From: an uncultured Candidatus Rokubacteria bacterium
GTDB taxonomy: Bacteria; Methylomirabilota; Methylomirabilia; Rokubacteriales; CSP1-6
Reading direction: 5' to 3'
DNA length: 64,000 nucleotides
NCBI GenBank assembly: GCA_963762145.1
Contig: CAVXJS010000015.1
Span: forward strand, 96,001 to 160,000
How positions within the stretch are numbered: position 1 is the first letter of the stretch; each line of letters begins with the position of its first letter. The position numbers and the translations under genes are program-made. Positions 17,789 to 28,062 of this stretch are shown here, piece after piece. The notes beneath the pieces are model-generated. The model saw only the letters and a program-made list of their open reading frames with translations, was not told the origin of the DNA and did not search any database.

Positions 17789-19936
17789 CTAGACCCCTCG
17801 GACCCGCTCGACGTTGGCGATGTCCTTCACCTCGCGGATGGCCTGCATGATGTCCTGGAGCTGGCGCAGGTCGTCCACCTCGACCACGAAGTGGTTGAGG
17901 CCCTTGCGATCCTCGGTGACGGTGATCTCGGCCTTGATGATGTTCCCCTGCCGCGAGGAGATGGCGCTGGTGATCTCCGCCAGCAGGCCCGGGCGGTCCT
18001 GTCCGATGTAGACCGCGATGCGCACCGGCCGCTTGGTCGGCTCGCCCGCCTCCCACTCCACCGCCACCAGCCGCTCCTTCTCGAGCACGTTCTTGACCAC
18101 CGTGAGGCAGTCGCGGGCGTGCACGGTCAGGCCGCGCCCTCGCGTGATGAAGCCCACGATGCCGTCACCGGGCACGGGCGAGCAGCACTTCCCGAAGCGG
18201 ACGAGCAGGTCGTCCACGCCCCGGATCCGGACCGCGGTGCCGTCGGCGCGTCGCGCCGGGCGGGCCGGCTTCGCTTCCGCGGGGGCCTCGCCATCGGCCG
18301 CCGGCGGTGCCACCCGGCCCAGGACCTGCTGGATCGACGTCTTGCCGTAGCCGATCGACGCCAGCAGGTCGTCCACGGTCGGGAACCCCAGCTCGACGGT
18401 GACCTTCTTCATCTCGTCGGAGGCGAGCAGGGTCGACGGAGCCAGCCGGTACTTCCGGGCCTCGCGCTCGAAGAACTCCCGGCCGAGCGCCAGCGAGCGG
18501 GTGCGCTCCTCGATCTTCAGCCACTGGTTGATCTTGGCGCGGGCGCGGTTCGACTTGACGATCTTGAGCCAGTCGCGGCTCGGATGCTGGGTGGGCGACG
18601 TCACGATCTCGACGATGTCGCCCTGGTGGAGCGTGTAGCGAAGCGGGACCAGCTTGCCGTTCACCTTCGCCCCGACGCAGTGATGCCCGACGTCGGTGTG
18701 CACGGTGTAGGCGAAGTCCACCGGGGTGGCGCCGTCGGGAAGGGCCTTCACGTCCCCGCGCGGGGTGAACACGTACACCTCGTCGGGGAACAGGTCGAGG
18801 CGGACGCTGTCGAGGAACTCCTTGGGGTCGCTCGTCTCGTTCTGCGACTCCAGGAGCTGGCGAAGCCAGGTGAACGCGTCGTCGAACTTGTCGCGGTCGC
18901 TCCGCTTCTCCTTGTAGAGCCAGTGGGCCGCGATACCTTCCTCGGCGATCCGGTGCATCTCCCCCGTGCGGATCTGGATCTCGACCGGGTCGCCCTTGGG
19001 CCCGATCACCGTCGTGTGCAGCGACTGGTACATGTTGACCTTGGGCATCGCGATGAAGTCCTTGAAGCGGCCGGGCACCGGCTTCCACAGCGAGTGCACG
19101 ACCCCCAGGGCCCCGTAGCAGTCGCGGACGGTATTGGTCAGCACGCGGACCGCGGTGAGGTCGTAGATCTCGTCGAATTCGCGCCCGCCCTCGTGCATCT
19201 TCTTCCAGATCGAATAGAAGTGCTTCGGCCGGCCCGCGATCTTGGACCCGATCCCCACCTCCCCCAGCTTCTCGTGGAGCAGCGTGATCAGGTGGTTGAT
19301 CTCCGCCTCGCGCTCGAGCCGCCGCTTGGCGACGCGGCGCATCAACTCCTGGTAGTCGTCCGGATGCAGGACCCGGAGGGCCAGGTCCTCGAGCTCCGCC
19401 TTGACCTTGGCCATCCCGAGGCGGTGGGCCAGAGGGGCATAGATGTCGAGGGTCTCCTGAGCGATCTTCCGGGCCTTCTCCGTGGGCAGGTACTGGAGCG
19501 TCCGCATGTTGTGCAACCGGTCGGCCAGCTTGATCATCAGCACGCGGAGGTCCCGTGCCATGGCCACCAGCATCTTGCGGAAGTTCTCGGCCTGGCGCTC
19601 CTCCCGGGAGGAGAAGGCCAGCTTGCCGATCTTCGTCACGCCATCCACCAGCTCGGCGATCTCGGTGCCGAACTCGCGCTGGAGGTCCCCCTTGGTGGCC
19701 TTGGTGTCCTCCAAAACGTCGTGGAGGAGCCCGGCCGTGACCGTGGTCACGTCCATCTTGAAGTTGACGAGGAGGCCGGCAACCTCGAGGGGGTGGGACA
19801 GGTAGGGCTCGCCGGAAGCGCGCTGCTGACCGAGGTGGGAGCGCTCAGAGAATCGGTAGGCGCGCTCCAGGAGATCCAGGTTGGCGGCAGGCTGGTACTT
19901 GGGGATCTCGTCGATCAGCGTCTGCAGTTGGGTCAA
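17789..19936 (-). CDS. rel: Bifunctional (p)ppGpp synthetase/hydrolase (RelA/SpoT)
   Basis: RASGEPYLSHP, HD motif LLHDVLED, IKLADRLHNMRTL, YQSLHTTV, TGS and ACT domains. Confidence 0.97.
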   Translation of the reverse strand: MTQLQTLIDEIPKYQPAANLDLLERAYRFSERSHLGQQRASGEPYLSHPLEVAGLLVNFKMDVTTVTAGLLHDVLEDTKATKGDLQREFGTEIAELVDGVTKIGKLAFSSREERQAENFRKMLVAMARDLRVLMIKLADRLHNMRTLQYLPTEKARKIAQETLDIYAPLAHRLGMAKVKAELEDLALRVLHPDDYQELMRRVAKRRLEREAEINHLITLLHEKLGEVGIGSKIAGRPKHFYSIWKKMHEGGREFDEIYDLTAVRVLTNTVRDCYGALGVVHSLWKPVPGRFKDFIAMPKVNMYQSLHTTVIGPKGDPVEIQIRTGEMHRIAEEGIAAHWLYKEKRSDRDKFDDAFTWLRQLLESQNETSDPKEFLDSVRLDLFPDEVYVFTPRGDVKALPDGATPVDFAYTVHTDVGHHCVGAKVNGKLVPLRYTLHQGDIVEIVTSPTQHPSRDWLKIVKSNRARAKINQWLKIEERTRSLALGREFFEREARKYRLAPSTLLASDEMKKVTVELGFPTVDDLLASIGYGKTSIQQVLGRVAPPAADGEAPAEAKPARPARRADGTAVRIRGVDDLLVRFGKCCSPVPGDGIVGFITRGRGLTVHARDCLTVVKNVLEKERLVAVEWEAGEPTKRPVRIAVYIGQDRPGLLAEITSAISSRQGNIIKAEITVTEDRKGLNHFVVEVDDLRQLQDIMQAIREVKDIANVERVRGV

Positions 19937-19978
19937 CCGTTACCCTCCCCAGGTTGACCACTGATTTTGCCACTAAAA

Positions 19979-20914
19979 TCAAGCTTTTGCTACGGCTTTT
20001 TTCCTCTTGGCGACCCACCGCTCCCGCCAGTTCGACCACTCCACGATGAGGGAGCCGGCGATGTAGATCGTCGAGAAGGTGCCCGTGACGACCCCGACGG
20101 TCAGCACGAAGGCCATATCCTCCAGGACCTTGCCCCCGAAGAAGAAGAGGACGGCGGTGGTGAAGAAGACGGTCAGGGCGGTGAGGACCGTCCGGGACAG
20201 GGTCTGGTTGATGGCGTTGTTGATCTGGGTCGCGAAGGTCTCGCCCCGGCGCCGCTTGGCCCGGTTCTCGCGCACCCGGTCATAGGCCACGATGGTGTCG
20301 TTGACCGAGTAGCCGATGATGGTCAGGAGGGCCGCCAGGATGGCCAGCGACATCTCCCGGTTGGTCAGCGACATGGCGGACAGGCAGATGAGCACGTCGT
20401 GGATGATGGCGGCCACGGAGGCCAGCCCACCCACCAGGTCGAACCGGATCGCAATATAGGCCAGGATGCCGGCCATGCTCCAGAGCACGGCGTAGATGGC
20501 CTGGATCTGGAGATCCCTCCCCACCTGCGGTCCCACGAACTCCACCCGCCGGATCTCGTGCTTGCCGAGCTCCGGGTCCTTGGAGAGGGCCTCCTGGGTG
20601 CGCCGCGTCACCTCCTCGGAGGAGAGGGCGGCCAGGGGGAGGCGCAGCAGGTACTCACGGGTATCCCCGAACTCCTGGATGACGCTCTCGCCCATCTGCA
20701 CGGTCTCGAGCGCGTGCCGGATGCGGTCCACCGCCACCGGCTTCTCGAACCGCACCTGGATCAGGGTGCCGCCGGAGAAATCGATCCCGTAACGCAGGCC
20801 GCCCTTGGCCACCATGGAGGTGAGCCCGGCCAGGATGAAGAGGATCGAGATGACGTAGGCCCAGCGCCGCCGGCCGATGAAGTTGAAGTTGGTGTCCCGG
20901 AACAGCTCGATCAT
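19979..20914 (-). CDS. secF: Protein translocase subunit SecF
   Basis: YGIDFSGGT, EFVGPQVG, IGYSVNDTIVAYDRVREN. Confidence 0.97.
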   Translation of the reverse strand: MIELFRDTNFNFIGRRRWAYVISILFILAGLTSMVAKGGLRYGIDFSGGTLIQVRFEKPVAVDRIRHALETVQMGESVIQEFGDTREYLLRLPLAALSSEEVTRRTQEALSKDPELGKHEIRRVEFVGPQVGRDLQIQAIYAVLWSMAGILAYIAIRFDLVGGLASVAAIIHDVLICLSAMSLTNREMSLAILAALLTIIGYSVNDTIVAYDRVRENRAKRRRGETFATQINNAINQTLSRTVLTALTVFFTTAVLFFFGGKVLEDMAFVLTVGVVTGTFSTIYIAGSLIVEWSNWRERWVAKRKKAVAKA

Positions 20915-22467
20915 ATGGACAGCGTCTCCCGCTTGCGCTGGCCCATGTAGATCAGGTCGAAGAGCAGCCGCGTGAAGAAGACGGCAGTGAACAGGCTGAC
21001 CGCGATCCCGATCATCAGGGTCACCGCGAAGCCCTTGATCGGCCCGGTCCCGAACTGGTAGAGGATGAGGCCCGAGACGAGCACGGTCACGTGGGTGTCG
21101 ATGACCGTCTTGAACGCGCGCGAGAAGCCCGCGTCGATGGCCCCACGTACCGTCTTGCCCCCTCGCAGCTCTTCCCGGATGCGCTCGAAGATCAGGATGT
21201 TCGTGTCCACCGCCATGCCGATGGTGAGCGCGATGCCCGCGATGCCGGGCAGGGTCAGGGTGGCGTGGAAGCCCGCCATCGTCGCCATCAGCAGCAGCAG
21301 GTTGAGGCCCAGCGCCACGTCCGCGATGATGCCGGACAGGCGGTAGTACACCAGCATGAACAGGAACACGAGCGCGGTGGAGGCGAGGATCGCGACGATA
21401 CCCTGGCGGATGGAGTCGGCCCCCAGGGAGGGCCCGACCGTCCGCTCCTCGAGCACCTGGACCGGTGCGGGCAGCGCGCCCGCCCGCAGCACGATAGCCA
21501 GGTCGGTGGCCTCGTCCGTGGTGAAGCCGCCCGTGATCTGGGCCCGCCCGGACGGGATGCGCTCGCGGATCTGCGGGGCCGAGTGGACGTTGCCGTCGAG
21601 CACGATGGCGAGGCGCTTGCCCACGTTGGCGTCGGTCACCTCCGAGAAGGCCCGGGCGCCCGCGGCATTGAAGTCCACCGAGACGTAGGGCTCGCTCGTG
21701 TTCTGGTCGATGGAGACGCGGGCGGTGCTCACGTCGCGACCGGTGATCGCCGCCTTCTTCTGCACGAGGAACGGGACCTTCTTCTCCTCGCGGGTCTGCT
21801 TGTCCACCCGGCGCTGGTAGAGGATCTCGGTGCCCGGCGGCGGCCCGGTCCGGAGCGCGGCCTCCGCCTCGGTGCGCTCGTCCACCATCTTGAACTCGAG
21901 CAGCGCGGTCTTGCCGATGAGGGCCTTGGCGCGCGCCGGATCCTGCACGCCCGGGAGCTGCACCAGGATGCGGTTCTCGCCCTGCTGCTGGATGGATGGC
22001 TCGGCGACGCCGAACTGGTCGACGCGGTTGCGGATGGTCTCGAGCCCCTGGCGCACCGCCAGGTCGCGGATGTGGCTGGCCTCGGACGGCTTGAGCGCCA
22101 GCACGACGCGGCCGGCGGCCTGATCGGCTTCCTTCCGGTCGAAGGTGGGCAGGACCTCTTCGGTGGCCTTCACCGCCGCGTCCCAGCTCTGCGGGTTGGC
22201 GAGCTGGAGGACGAGCTCGGACGTACCGCGCCGCTCGACCCGCGTGACGCCGATCCCGCGCTTCTCCAGCTCGGCCTTCGCGGTGTCCCCCGCCCGCTCG
22301 ACCTGCGCCTCGATGGCCTTGTCCACCTCGACGCCCAGGACGAGATGAATGCCCCCCTGCAGGTCGAGACCCAGATTGATGGTGTTGGCGGGCGGATACA
22401 AGTACCAGATCGACACCGCGATGACGACCACGACGAGGGCGATGCGGATACCGAGCTGACGACGCAT
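20911..22467 (-). CDS. secD: Protein translocase subunit SecD
   Basis: NLGLDLQGG, RVDQFGVAEP, LRAGALPAP, GMAVDTNILIFERIREE. Confidence 0.97.
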   Translation of the reverse strand: MRRQLGIRIALVVVVIAVSIWYLYPPANTINLGLDLQGGIHLVLGVEVDKAIEAQVERAGDTAKAELEKRGIGVTRVERRGTSELVLQLANPQSWDAAVKATEEVLPTFDRKEADQAAGRVVLALKPSEASHIRDLAVRQGLETIRNRVDQFGVAEPSIQQQGENRILVQLPGVQDPARAKALIGKTALLEFKMVDERTEAEAALRTGPPPGTEILYQRRVDKQTREEKKVPFLVQKKAAITGRDVSTARVSIDQNTSEPYVSVDFNAAGARAFSEVTDANVGKRLAIVLDGNVHSAPQIRERIPSGRAQITGGFTTDEATDLAIVLRAGALPAPVQVLEERTVGPSLGADSIRQGIVAILASTALVFLFMLVYYRLSGIIADVALGLNLLLLMATMAGFHATLTLPGIAGIALTIGMAVDTNILIFERIREELRGGKTVRGAIDAGFSRAFKTVIDTHVTVLVSGLILYQFGTGPIKGFAVTLMIGIAVSLFTAVFFTRLLFDLIYMGQRKRETLSI

Positions 22468-22468
22468 C

Positions 22469-22807
22469 CTAGGCGCTCGACTCCTTGTCGCCCGCGACGG
22501 GCACGATGCGCCCGATGGAGCCGCGCTCGAAATCGAGCTTCACCTGATCGGCCACCTTGAGCGTCACGGTGTGCTCGGACAGCCCCACCACCGTGCCGTA
22601 GAGCCCACCGGTGGTGACGACCCGATCGCCCTTCTTGATCGCGCGCAGGAGGTTCTCCCGCTCTCGCCGCTGCTTCTGCTGGGGGCGGATGATCAGGAAG
22701 TACATGATGGCGAACATGCCGATCATCAGCGGGAGGACGGACATGATGCCGCCGCCGTTACCGCCGCCGCCGGGCGATGGCGCCATCGCGTATGCGAAAT
22801 CGATCAT
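22469..22807 (-). CDS. yajC: Preprotein translocase subunit YajC
   Basis: MYFLIIRPQQKQRRE...KGDRVVTTGGLYG. Confidence 0.95.
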   Translation of the reverse strand: MIDFAYAMAPSPGGGGNGGGIMSVLPLMIGMFAIMYFLIIRPQQKQRRERENLLRAIKKGDRVVTTGGLYGTVVGLSEHTVTLKVADQVKLDFERGSIGRIVPVAGDKESSA

Positions 22808-22812
22808 GAAAA

Positions 22813-23976
22813 TCAGGCCTCCGAGTCCGCGGGAATGTCGGCCGAGCCGCGCAGGGATTCTACCCCATAACGCTCCAGAAACCGAGACCGGAACGAGGCA
22901 AAGTCGCCGCGCGCGATCGCCTCGCGCATCTGCCGCATGAGGCCCAGGTAGAAGGTGAGGTTGTGCAGGGACAGGAGCCGGTAACCGAGGAGCTCGCGGG
23001 CGCCGAAGAGATGGCGCAGGTACGCACGCGAGAAGCGGCGGCAGGCCTCGCAGGGGCACGCGGCGTCGAGCGGCGCGCCGTCGTGCCGGAAGCGGGCGTT
23101 CTCGATGTTGAGCGGTCCGTCCGGAGTGAAGGCCTGCCCGTTTCGCGCGTTGCGCGTCGGCATCACGCAGTCGAAGAGATCGACGCCGCGGGCCACCGCC
23201 TCCACCAGATCCCCGGGCTTCCCGACGCCCATGAGATAGCGCGGGCGGTCGGCCGGCAAGCTCGAGGCCACCAGCGCCGCGATGTCGTACAGCTCGGGCT
23301 TGGGCTCGCCCACCGCGAGCCCGCCGATGGCGTAGCCCGGCAGGTCGAGCGCGCACGTCTCCTGTACCGCGCGCCGCCGCATCGCGGGCGAGGTGCCGCC
23401 CTGCACGATGCCGAAGAGCGCGCCCGGCGCGCCCGCGGCCCGGTGCGCCGCGACGGCCCGGCGGAGCCATCGCAGCGTCAGCGCGAGCGAGCGCTCGGTC
23501 GCCTCGAGGGTGGCCGGATGCTCCAGACACTCGTCGAGCGGGTGGAGCACGTCGACGCCGAGCGCGTGCTGGACCGCGACGACCGACTCCGGCGTGAGCG
23601 TGCGGAGCGTGCCGTCCACGTGAGAGCGGAACTCGACGCCCTCTTCCCCGATCCGCCGCAGGTTGGCGAGGCTCAACACCTGGAAGCCGCCCGAGTCGGT
23701 CAGGATGGGCCCGTCCCAGGCCATGAAGCGATGGAGGCCGCCGAGCTCGCGCACCAGCTCGGGCCCCGGGCGCAGGAGGAGATGATAGGTATTGGCGAGC
23801 ACGATCTGGGCGCCGGCCGCGATGAGATCGGCCGGGGTCAGGCTCTTGACCGTGCCCTGCGTCGCCACCGGCATGAAGGCCGGCGTCTCGACCGCGCCGT
23901 GCGCGGTGCGGATCCGGCCGAGGCGCGCGGCGCCGTCGGTCCGGATCAGCTCGAAGCCGAAGGGCTCCACGCTCAC
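22813..23976 (-). CDS. tgt: tRNA-guanine transglycosylase
   Basis: ETPAFMPVATQGTVK, LTDSGGFQV, RYLMGVG, DLFDCVMPTRNARNG, Zn-binding CPCEAC; GTG start overlaps the queA stop. Confidence 0.96.
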   Translation of the reverse strand: MSVEPFGFELIRTDGAARLGRIRTAHGAVETPAFMPVATQGTVKSLTPADLIAAGAQIVLANTYHLLLRPGPELVRELGGLHRFMAWDGPILTDSGGFQVLSLANLRRIGEEGVEFRSHVDGTLRTLTPESVVAVQHALGVDVLHPLDECLEHPATLEATERSLALTLRWLRRAVAAHRAAGAPGALFGIVQGGTSPAMRRRAVQETCALDLPGYAIGGLAVGEPKPELYDIAALVASSLPADRPRYLMGVGKPGDLVEAVARGVDLFDCVMPTRNARNGQAFTPDGPLNIENARFRHDGAPLDAACPCEACRRFSRAYLRHLFGARELLGYRLLSLHNLTFYLGLMRQMREAIARGDFASFRSRFLERYGVESLRGSADIPADSEA

Positions 23977-25010
23977 TGGATCAGCATCGCGTCGCCGTAC
24001 GAGTAGAAGCGGTAGCGCGCGGCGACCGCGTGTCGGTAGGCGTCCAGGATCAGGTCGCGCCCCGCGAGCGCGGCGACCAGCACCAGCAGGGTCGAGCGCG
24101 GCAGGTGAAAGTTGGTGACGAGCGCGTCCACCACGCGGAAGCGGTGGCCGGGCCGGATGAAGAGGTCGGCCGCGCCCGCGCCCGCTTGGATGCGCCCGTC
24201 CCCGCCCATCGCCCACTCGAGCGCCCGCGTCGTGGTCGTCCCCACCGCGACGACCCGGCGGCCGTCGCGCTTCGCCTCGTCGACCGCGCGCGCGGTCTCG
24301 GCGGGAATCTCGATCGCCTCCGCTTCCAGGTGGTGCTCGTCGAGCCGCGTGGCCCGCAGCGGCCGGAAGGTGCCCGGCCCCACGTGCAGCGTCAGGTAGT
24401 GGGCCGCGATCCCGCGCGCGGCCAGCCGCGCCAGCAGGTCCGGCGTGAAGTGCAGCCCCGCGGTGGGCGCTGCCACCGATCCGTCGTCGCGCGCGTACAC
24501 GGTCTGGTACCGCTCGCGATCCTCCGGCTTCGGCGCATCGTGCCGCGCGATGTACGGCGGCAGCGGCGGCAACCCATGCCGCTCCAGCAGCTCCCGCACC
24601 GGCCACGGCGCCTCGATCTCGACGACCCGCGTCCCCGACTCGCCCTCCCCCACGATGCGCCCGCGCGCCACGCCACCCGCCAGCTCCACGCGTGCCCCCA
24701 CCCGGCACCGCCGCCCCGGCTGCACCAGCGCCTCCCACCGCCCCTCGCCCACCGGCCGCAGCATCAACAGCTCCACCGGCCGCCCGCCCTCGACCGCGGT
24801 CCCCAGCAGCCGCGCCGGGATCACCCGACTCCGATTCGCCACCAGGCAATCCCCCACCCGCAGCAGATCGGGCAGGTCGCGGAACGATCGATCCTCCCAC
24901 GCACTCCGCCCCCGATCGAGCACGAGGAGCCGCGACGTATCCCGCGGCTCCGCCGGCTCCTGCGCAATCAACTCCGCCGGCAGCGCATAGTCAAACAGCG
25001 AAACGTCCAT
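23973..25010 (-). CDS. queA: S-adenosylmethionine:tRNA ribosyltransferase-isomerase
   Basis: FDYALPAELIAQEP, PLPPYI, YQTVYA, GSVAAPTAGLHFT, YRFYSYGDAMLI. Confidence 0.97.
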   Translation of the reverse strand: MDVSLFDYALPAELIAQEPAEPRDTSRLLVLDRGRSAWEDRSFRDLPDLLRVGDCLVANRSRVIPARLLGTAVEGGRPVELLMLRPVGEGRWEALVQPGRRCRVGARVELAGGVARGRIVGEGESGTRVVEIEAPWPVRELLERHGLPPLPPYIARHDAPKPEDRERYQTVYARDDGSVAAPTAGLHFTPDLLARLAARGIAAHYLTLHVGPGTFRPLRATRLDEHHLEAEAIEIPAETARAVDEAKRDGRRVVAVGTTTTRALEWAMGGDGRIQAGAGAADLFIRPGHRFRVVDALVTNFHLPRSTLLVLVAALAGRDLILDAYRHAVAARYRFYSYGDAMLIQ

Positions 25011-25091
25011 AACCTACGAAGTGTAGCCCGCACCCGCCCAACGAACCAGCCGGACGCCAGAGAGGGACGGGAGGGAACCACGAAGAGAGAC

Positions 25092-25255
25092 CGGGGCGTC
25101 GGGTGGGGCGGGGGGCAGGTGGACCGGGTGACCCGTTCCCCGCCAACGGAAGCCCGGAATCACGCGATCCCAGATTGGGAACTTCCCAGGGCGATAGACG
25201 AGAAAGCGTGTCGTGGTCAGAGGCCCACCTGCCCCCCGCCCCGCCCGACGCCCCG
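25092..25255 (-). repeat. Structured long-hairpin repeat element (family S), copy B, inverted orientation
   Basis: ~34-bp arms (2 mismatches) around a 96-nt core whose reverse complement closely matches the copy A core. Confidence 0.9.
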
Positions 25256-25275
25256 CCGCCCGCGAGAGCGAGAAG

Positions 25276-25608
25276 CTAGCCGATCCGCGCGCCAGGCGCG
25301 ACGTCGACGTCCGGCGCGAGCAGGATGACCTCGCCGGCCTCGTTGTACGCGCCGAGCACGAGCACCTCGGAGACGAAGGGCCCGATCCGCTTCGGCGGGA
25401 AGTTGACGACCGCGACCACGCGCCGTCCGACCAGCGCGGCCGGCGCGTAGTGATCGGTGATCTGCGCGCTCGAGCGCTTGATGCCGAGCGGCCCGAAGTC
25501 GATCTCGAGCTTGAGCGCGGGCCGCCGGGCCTCCGGGAACTCCTGGGCTGTCACCACCACGCCCACGCGCATGTCCACGCGCGCGAACTCCTCCCAGGAC
25601 AGGCTCAC
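25276..25608 (-). CDS. csaA: tRNA-binding protein / export chaperone CsaA
   Basis: WEEFARVDMRVG...FPEARRPA...KRSSAQITDHY...VNFPPKRIGPFVSEVLVLG. Confidence 0.92.
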   Translation of the reverse strand: MSLSWEEFARVDMRVGVVVTAQEFPEARRPALKLEIDFGPLGIKRSSAQITDHYAPAALVGRRVVAVVNFPPKRIGPFVSEVLVLGAYNEAGEVILLAPDVDVAPGARIG

Positions 25609-25622
25609 GCCGATCGGCGCGC

Positions 25623-26771
25623 TCAGCGAGCGGTCGGCGCGGGCGGGAGCGTGGCGAGCACCGCGCCCGGATAGTAGTAGGCGACGATCTGCTGCGCCTG
25701 GTAGCCCTGGTCGGCCATGGTCTTGGCGCTCCACTGGTCGAGCCCGACCCCGTGACCGTAGCCGCGACCGACGAAGCGGGCCACCGGGCCCGCCACCGAC
25801 ACCGCGAAGAGCGTGCTCTTGAGCGTGTCGTAGCCGACCAGGCGGCGCAGGTCGTTGCCCCGGAGCATGACGGTGCCCGCGGTGCCGCGAACCGCGATCC
25901 GGGCCACGCGGAGGGACGTGCTCCGCTCCAGGACGTCGAGCGCCACCACGCGTCCGACCGACACCCCGCCCCGCAGGAGCGCGGCCGAGAGATCGGCCAG
26001 GGGCAGATCGAGTCGCCAGCGCTGATGCGGCGAGCCGGAGGGGAACTCGACCCGCACCGGCTTCAGCGCGGGCATGTTCGTGGCCGCGAAGACGACGCGC
26101 GGGTCCTCGGTGTGCCCGCCGCTGTCGGTGTGGTAGAAGGCGGGGAAGAGCTCGCCATTCCACAGCAGCACCTGGCCGGCCGTCTCGTTCACCGCGGCCC
26201 ACACCGGCGAATCCGTCGGCACGCGGCCGCTGTACTGCTGGTTCAGCGTCGAGGCGACGAGGTGGAACGCCTTCTCCGCGTTCAGGCGGCGGTGATAGGC
26301 GGCGTAGGTGCGCGCGACCACCGCCTGCGCCTTCAGCATCTCGACCGGCATCTTGTCGCCCGCCTCGGCCTTGACCGCGCCGGCCAGGTACTCCTCGAGC
26401 GGCAGCTCGTTGATCACGGTGAGCGCATCGCCGGTCTTCACGATCTCGAGCGCGCCGGGATACTCGCGGCCGTTGAAGCGGAGGAACCCGGTGTCGCCGG
26501 CGGCCAGCCGCAGGCCGTCCATCACCCGCCGCCCACCGCCGCTGACCTCGAGCGCGCCACCCTTCCACGTGATGCGAAGCCACGTCGGCGAATCCGCCAC
26601 CACCGCCCGGCCCGCGAGGTCGCTCACCATGATGGGCCCGCCGCCCACCTCGACGACCCGGAGGCCCTCGGCGATGGCCACCCGGATGTCGCCCGAGGCC
26701 GCCGCCGGGCCCGCGCCGAGCAGCAGGGCCAGCGCGACGAGCGCGCCGACCTTCAGGACGCGCGACGACAT
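25623..26771 (-). CDS. SpoIID/LytB-domain lytic transglycosylase
   Basis: INELPLEEYLAGAV.AE, LKAQAVVARTYA, GRGYGHGVGLDQWSA, YYYPG. Confidence 0.92.
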   Translation of the reverse strand: MSSRVLKVGALVALALLLGAGPAAASGDIRVAIAEGLRVVEVGGGPIMVSDLAGRAVVADSPTWLRITWKGGALEVSGGGRRVMDGLRLAAGDTGFLRFNGREYPGALEIVKTGDALTVINELPLEEYLAGAVKAEAGDKMPVEMLKAQAVVARTYAAYHRRLNAEKAFHLVASTLNQQYSGRVPTDSPVWAAVNETAGQVLLWNGELFPAFYHTDSGGHTEDPRVVFAATNMPALKPVRVEFPSGSPHQRWRLDLPLADLSAALLRGGVSVGRVVALDVLERSTSLRVARIAVRGTAGTVMLRGNDLRRLVGYDTLKSTLFAVSVAGPVARFVGRGYGHGVGLDQWSAKTMADQGYQAQQIVAYYYPGAVLATLPPAPTAR

Positions 26772-26998
26772 CAGCGCCGTCCGAAGAGCGAGAAGAGCAG
26801 CGTCAGGATGACGGAGACGATGAGGCAGGTGGCGAGCGGGAAGTAGAAGGTCCAGCCTCCCCGTTCGATATGGATGTCTCCCGGCAACCGTCCGAGCCAT
26901 GGCACCTTCCCCGAGAAGTGCCCCGCGACGAGCAGGGCCGATCCCAGGAGTACCATCCCGAGCCCGAATAGCAGAAGCATTTTGCCCAGCGGAATCAC
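26771..26998 (-). CDS. DUF2905 small membrane protein
   Basis: LGRLPGDIHIERGGWTFYFPLATCLIVS; usual position after ruvB. Confidence 0.9.
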   Translation of the reverse strand: MIPLGKMLLLFGLGMVLLGSALLVAGHFSGKVPWLGRLPGDIHIERGGWTFYFPLATCLIVSVILTLLFSLFGRR

Positions 26999-28062
26999 AA
27001 CGGTAGCTGCCCCTGACCTCCCGGAGCGGCCGGCAGGGCGTGTCCCAGGTGCGCGTACGCCGCGGCGGTCGCGCGGCGGCCGGTCGGGCTACGGACCACG
27101 TAGCCGATCTTGAGCAGGAAGGGCTCCACCACTTCCGCCAGCGTCTCGGCCTCGTCGTTGATGGTGGCGGCGATCGCTTCGAGCCCGACGGGGCCGCCCT
27201 TGTAGTTCTCGATGATCGCGGTGAGGAAGCGCCGATCGAGCCGATCGAGCCCGACCTCGTCGACGCCCTCCTGGTCGAGCGCGCGGACGGCCACCTCCGG
27301 GGTGACGGTGCCGTCCGCCTTCACCTGCGCGTAGTCACGCACCCGCCGAAGCAGGCGGTTGGCGATGCGCGGCGTCCCCCGCGCGCGGCGCGCGATCGCC
27401 TCCGCGCCTCCGGGCGCGATGGGCGCCCCGAGGATGGACGCGGAGCGGTTGATGATCGCGGTCAGATCCTCGCCCGAGTAGAAGTCCAGGTGATGGAAGA
27501 TCCCGAAGCGCTCGCGCAGCGGGGAGGAGAGCATGCCCGGCCGCGTGGTCGCGCCCACCATGGTGAAGGGGCGCAGGGGAATGCGGATCGTGCGGGCGTT
27601 CAGGCCCTTGTCCATCACGAAGTTGACCGAGAAGTCCTCCATCGCCGGATAGAGCAGCTCCTCGACCACGCGCGGCAGCCGGTGGATCTCGTCGATGAAG
27701 AGCACGTCCTTCTCGGCGAGGTTGGTCAGGATCCCCATGAGGTCCGCGCCCCGCTCGAGCGAGGGGCCGGCGGTGGTGATGATGTTCGCCTGCATCTCGT
27801 TGGCCATGATGGTGGCCAGCGTGGTCTTGCCGAGTCCCGGGGGACCCGAGAGCAGGACGTGATCGAGCGGCTCCCCGCGCCGCCGCGCCGCCTCGACCGA
27901 CACGCGCAGGCTGTCGACCGCCGCGCGCTGCCCCACGTACTCGGCGAGGCGCTGCGGCCGGAGCTGCCGCTCGACCTGCGTCTCCTCCGGCAGGGCGACG
28001 CGGCTCATGACGCGGGCCTCGTCGGTCATCCCCCCGTCCACGTCAGCCCTTTCGGCCGCCAC
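26995..28062 (-). CDS. ruvB: Holliday junction branch migration helicase RuvB (start 28062 or 28029)
   Basis: LRPQRLAEYVGQ, GPPGLGKTTLA, FIDEIHRL, GATTRPGML, RGTPRIANRLLRRVRD. Confidence 0.97.
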   Translation of the reverse strand: MAAERADVDGGMTDEARVMSRVALPEETQVERQLRPQRLAEYVGQRAAVDSLRVSVEAARRRGEPLDHVLLSGPPGLGKTTLATIMANEMQANIITTAGPSLERGADLMGILTNLAEKDVLFIDEIHRLPRVVEELLYPAMEDFSVNFVMDKGLNARTIRIPLRPFTMVGATTRPGMLSSPLRERFGIFHHLDFYSGEDLTAIINRSASILGAPIAPGGAEAIARRARGTPRIANRLLRRVRDYAQVKADGTVTPEVAVRALDQEGVDEVGLDRLDRRFLTAIIENYKGGPVGLEAIAATINDEAETLAEVVEPFLLKIGYVVRSPTGRRATAAAYAHLGHALPAAPGGQGQLPL

